Shown: in pieces, positions 61,343 to 64,000 of the stretch
Position numbering within the stretch: position 1 is the first letter of the stretch
How the letters are laid out: every line of letters begins with the position of its first letter
Origin: an uncultured delta proteobacterium
GTDB taxonomy: Bacteria; Desulfobacterota; Desulfomonilia; UBA1062
Reading direction: 5' to 3'
NCBI GenBank assembly: GCA_963785235.1
Contig: CAWAUM010000003.1
Span: 416,001 to 480,000, forward strand
DNA: 64,000 bases
Notes under the pieces: model-generated
The model's database searches: none
What the model saw: only the letters and a program-made list of their open reading frames with translations
What the model was told of the DNA's origin: nothing
Program-made: the position numbers and the translations under genes

Positions 61343-61606
61343 ATTTCCCCCTCGCTTTTCTTTTTTTTAATTCTTATCTGTTATCCTATTCACACAATTT
61401 TAGATGAATAGCCTTAGATACCGATTCAAGATATTCGCACTATATATTGAAACCATATTTGTGTCTTTTAGAAGATGAACCCAAACCTTACGTCAAAATG
61501 CTTCCAGCAAGGTCATCATATCCTTCAAAAACCTCAACCCGGAGGATAGACTATGCATGCAAATTTTTCTATTGTCCCCAGAATCATTTACCGATAATGA
61601 GAGTGC

Positions 61607-62944
61607 ATGGAAAATATGTTCAAGATTGAGGAGTTCCCCTTTCCACTGGTAATGATGGATGTCATCGAATCCCAGTTTACCGGGATAATATTCGTCTCCA
61701 CAGACCAGTGGAAAAAGGGGCTCATCTTCAAAAGCGGGAATCTATGCGCTATTCAGTCCAATAGGACAGACGAACTGCTGGGCAATATCCTTGTAGGTAT
61801 GGGCATCATTTCAGAGGATGAGAACACTCTCTCGCTGAACACTACTCGCCTGGAACGGAGGAAGCAGGGTGTCATCCTCCTGGAGTTGGGGCTCGTCCAG
61901 CCCATGGAGATCAACGAGGCGCTCAGAATCCAGACGGAAAAACGTTTTCTGGATATCTTCTCATGGGAGCGCGGCACCATCCAGAAGGTTCATAAAGATG
62001 AAGTCAATAAACTCCATGATCTCAGCAAGACCGAGATGGCCCGCCTCATCCGCAAGGGTGTGATGGAGTACACCCAGTTTTCCGGTATTATTACCGCACT
62101 CTCCCCCTTTGCAGACGCCATTCCGAAGGTAATGGTGGATACCCTGCCTGGTGATATCGGCATCGATCTGGATGATATCGGCCAGTACACGGTCTCTGAG
62201 ATACTCCTTCTGGGACAGGATCCCTCACGCGCACTGCTCAGCCTCTACTGCACCGGAGATGTCAGCTTTGAAGAAAGTAAGTTTAAAGCCCTCATTGACA
62301 CGCTGAGACAAAAGCTGAAAGCTATCAAGGACCAGGATCAATTCCAGGTCCTGGGTGTAGACAGACAAATTTCAGAGAACGGCCTGAAGAGGGCCTATAT
62401 AAAGATCGTCAAGGCCAATCACCCAGACACCTATGCCTATGCCGACGATCCCGAGGTGAAGCGACTGGCGAATGAAATCTTCACCGAGATCCAGAAGGCC
62501 TACACGTACATCAATAAATTACGTGATGGCAAGCCGGTTGAAGAGCCACAAGGCATTGACGAGAGCCTCCAGGCAGAAATACTGTTCAGCAAGGCAACAG
62601 AGCTCTTAAAGGCAAGAGACTATCAGGGCGCTATTGATTACTTCAAGCTCTGCGTGAAGATGAGACCTGATGAAAAGCTCTTTGTGGAATCGTATGTGAA
62701 GACCATGTTCTTACGGTTTCAGAATACAGGAGTGGGAAATCCTTTAGAGATCAAGTCATCCATCCGCGAAGGGCTCAATCGCTTTGCCAACTCAGACACT
62801 CTCTGGGTTATCTACGGGTGGGTCCTGAAGAAGGAAGGGTCCCGGAAAGCCATTGAAGCCTTTCAGAAGGCCCTGGAGATCAACAGGAACAACATCGACG
62901 CACAGCGGGAAATGCGCTTGCACCAGATGAGGGAGAATAAGTAA
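61607..62944 (+). CDS. DUF4388-like / MshEN-like / DnaJ-domain / TPR protein
   Basis: LLGNILVGMGII and QGVILLELGLV..INEAL..Q repeats, IFSW..G, J-domain FQVLGV..LKRAY..NHPD, and TPR-like helices. Confidence 0.8.
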   Translation: MENMFKIEEFPFPLVMMDVIESQFTGIIFVSTDQWKKGLIFKSGNLCAIQSNRTDELLGNILVGMGIISEDENTLSLNTTRLERRKQGVILLELGLVQPMEINEALRIQTEKRFLDIFSWERGTIQKVHKDEVNKLHDLSKTEMARLIRKGVMEYTQFSGIITALSPFADAIPKVMVDTLPGDIGIDLDDIGQYTVSEILLLGQDPSRALLSLYCTGDVSFEESKFKALIDTLRQKLKAIKDQDQFQVLGVDRQISENGLKRAYIKIVKANHPDTYAYADDPEVKRLANEIFTEIQKAYTYINKLRDGKPVEEPQGIDESLQAEILFSKATELLKARDYQGAIDYFKLCVKMRPDEKLFVESYVKTMFLRFQNTGVGNPLEIKSSIREGLNRFANSDTLWVIYGWVLKKEGSRKAIEAFQKALEINRNNIDAQREMRLHQMRENK

Positions 62945-63106
62945 GGTACTTTTCTGTATCAATCCCACATAAAACACACATCAACTAATACACCCCGTAA
63001 AACATTCAACCCCCGTTGCCGGAACACTCTATTGCCAAAGGAATCCTTCATCGCTATACTATAAAGTAGATCAAAGGATCTGATGCAACATACAAGGAGG
63101 TATCAC

Positions 63107-63602
63107 ATGAATATCTCAGGGATTGGAGTTATCCAGGCACAACTTCTGCATCAGCGGGCATCACAACAGCAGGACCCTCTTAGGACAGATCCTTCTCAAC
63201 AAGGCCGGGTCAGGCTATTCTATAACACCATATGAAAAGGAATCCATCCATATGGAAATAGAGCTTAAGGATGGGACTAAAGTGAGCATCGACTATGAAC
63301 GCGAAGGGATGATAAAGAAGGCATCCTATGAACTTGGACTCTATGACAACTACACCTATGGTAACGACCAGTTCAGCCCGGAAAATACTGCTAATCGCAT
63401 CCTGGATTTCGCCCGCTCTCTCTGGGACGGTTCAGAAGATAAGCTCGACATGCTCTCAAAGGCTATTGAAAAGGGAATCGGTGAGGCCAAGAAGATGCTT
63501 GGTAACACACCGGATTGGCTTAATAACATCATCTCCCAGACTGTTGCCCTTGTGCACAAGGGCATCGAAGAAATGAAGGCCCAGATCCAGAAGGCGGCCT
63601 GA
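63107..63602 (+). CDS. DUF5610-like protein (one +1 indel near 63180)
   Basis: AAGGAGG RBS and ATG 63107 (MNISGIG) are out of frame with the body, which contains FSPENTANRILDFA..AIEKG..EAK..LG. Confidence 0.6.
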
Positions 63603-63617
63603 CACATACAACCTTGC

Positions 63618-63917
63618 CTATGGTTCTCCAGGCTCTTCCATAAAATTATCCTGTTTTCCAAGTAGATATCTGACTTTAGGAGGCAGATATGTCGTATCAG
63701 GATCGGTCTTTCCGATTGCATCGAGGATCAGCCTGTTTTTCTCCCGATAGGGCGCCTGCTCGTCGAAGATCACATGTACCCTGCCTTCCACCCGGCAGAC
63801 CCCGCCTTTGCGGTTGATCCTGTCTTCAATAACCTCGATTCCGGCAGAAGAGGCCGTCTCGTAGAGCAACACAAAGAGTTCTCTTTCCTTACGGTCGTAC
63901 ATATACTCGAGCCTCAA
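63618..63917 (-). CDS. Hypothetical protein
   Basis: 99-aa ORF coupled to the upstream gene; KGGVCRVEG and YLPPKVR motifs look conserved. Confidence 0.65.
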   Translation of the reverse strand: MRLEYMYDRKERELFVLLYETASSAGIEVIEDRINRKGGVCRVEGRVHVIFDEQAPYREKNRLILDAIGKTDPDTTYLPPKVRYLLGKQDNFMEEPGEP

Positions 63918-64000
63918 CTCCTCCCGAAATCGTCTTCCACGCGGACTATGTCGTCTTCACCAAAGTACTCACCCTGCTGGACCTCAATAAATACGAGGGG
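63914..64000 (-). CDS. C-terminus of a type II mannose-6-phosphate isomerase cupin (ManC-like), partial
   Basis: Minus strand reads PLVFIEVQQGEYFGEDDIVRVEDDFGRS-stop. Confidence 0.9.
   Translation of the reverse strand, partial: PLVFIEVQQGEYFGEDDIVRVEDDFGRS

Noticed and set aside
1-64000. CRISPR array, tRNA/rRNA, prophage, integron, defence island or selenocysteine recoding
   Set aside because: I saw no regularly spaced repeats, cloverleafs, phage/integrase/nuclease genes, or in-frame TGA at catalytic Cys positions.

Overview
A 64-kb chromosomal segment from a Gram-negative anaerobe. The gene content (heptose kinase, DUF4416-yicC-remA-gmk, tungsten-type aldehyde:ferredoxin oxidoreductase, ADP-forming acyl-CoA ligase) suggests a deltaproteobacterium/Desulfobacterota, by inference only. 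It holds about 60 genes: housekeeping (miaB, ftsY, gmk, pyrF, rsmD, coaD, glpK, galE, metF, prc, topB), acyl-CoA/lipid catabolism, envelope lipoproteins, scattered flagellar/pilus genes and signalling genes. I see no rRNA, tRNA, CRISPR array, prophage, integrase or transposase. At least eight genes are split by single-base indels, mostly +1 insertions, which look like long-read consensus errors rather than real pseudogenes. The best new observations are: (1) a 19-bp palindromic operator repeated just downstream of the -10 box of a double-HTH MerR-family regulator and of two convergent nitronate-monooxygenase/FabK-like genes, suggesting a small undescribed regulon; (2) an orphan ParA/MinD ATPase with a disordered partner protein and a repeat-rich promoter; (3) a translationally coupled hydantoinase-A plus histone-deacetylase-fold gene pair; (4) a perfect 25+1+25 bp palindrome in a structured intergenic region, and a separate MITE-like element; (5) an RBS-sequestering 5' leader hairpin; (6) genes missed by the ORF track. 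All functional calls come from motif recognition by eye, with no database search.
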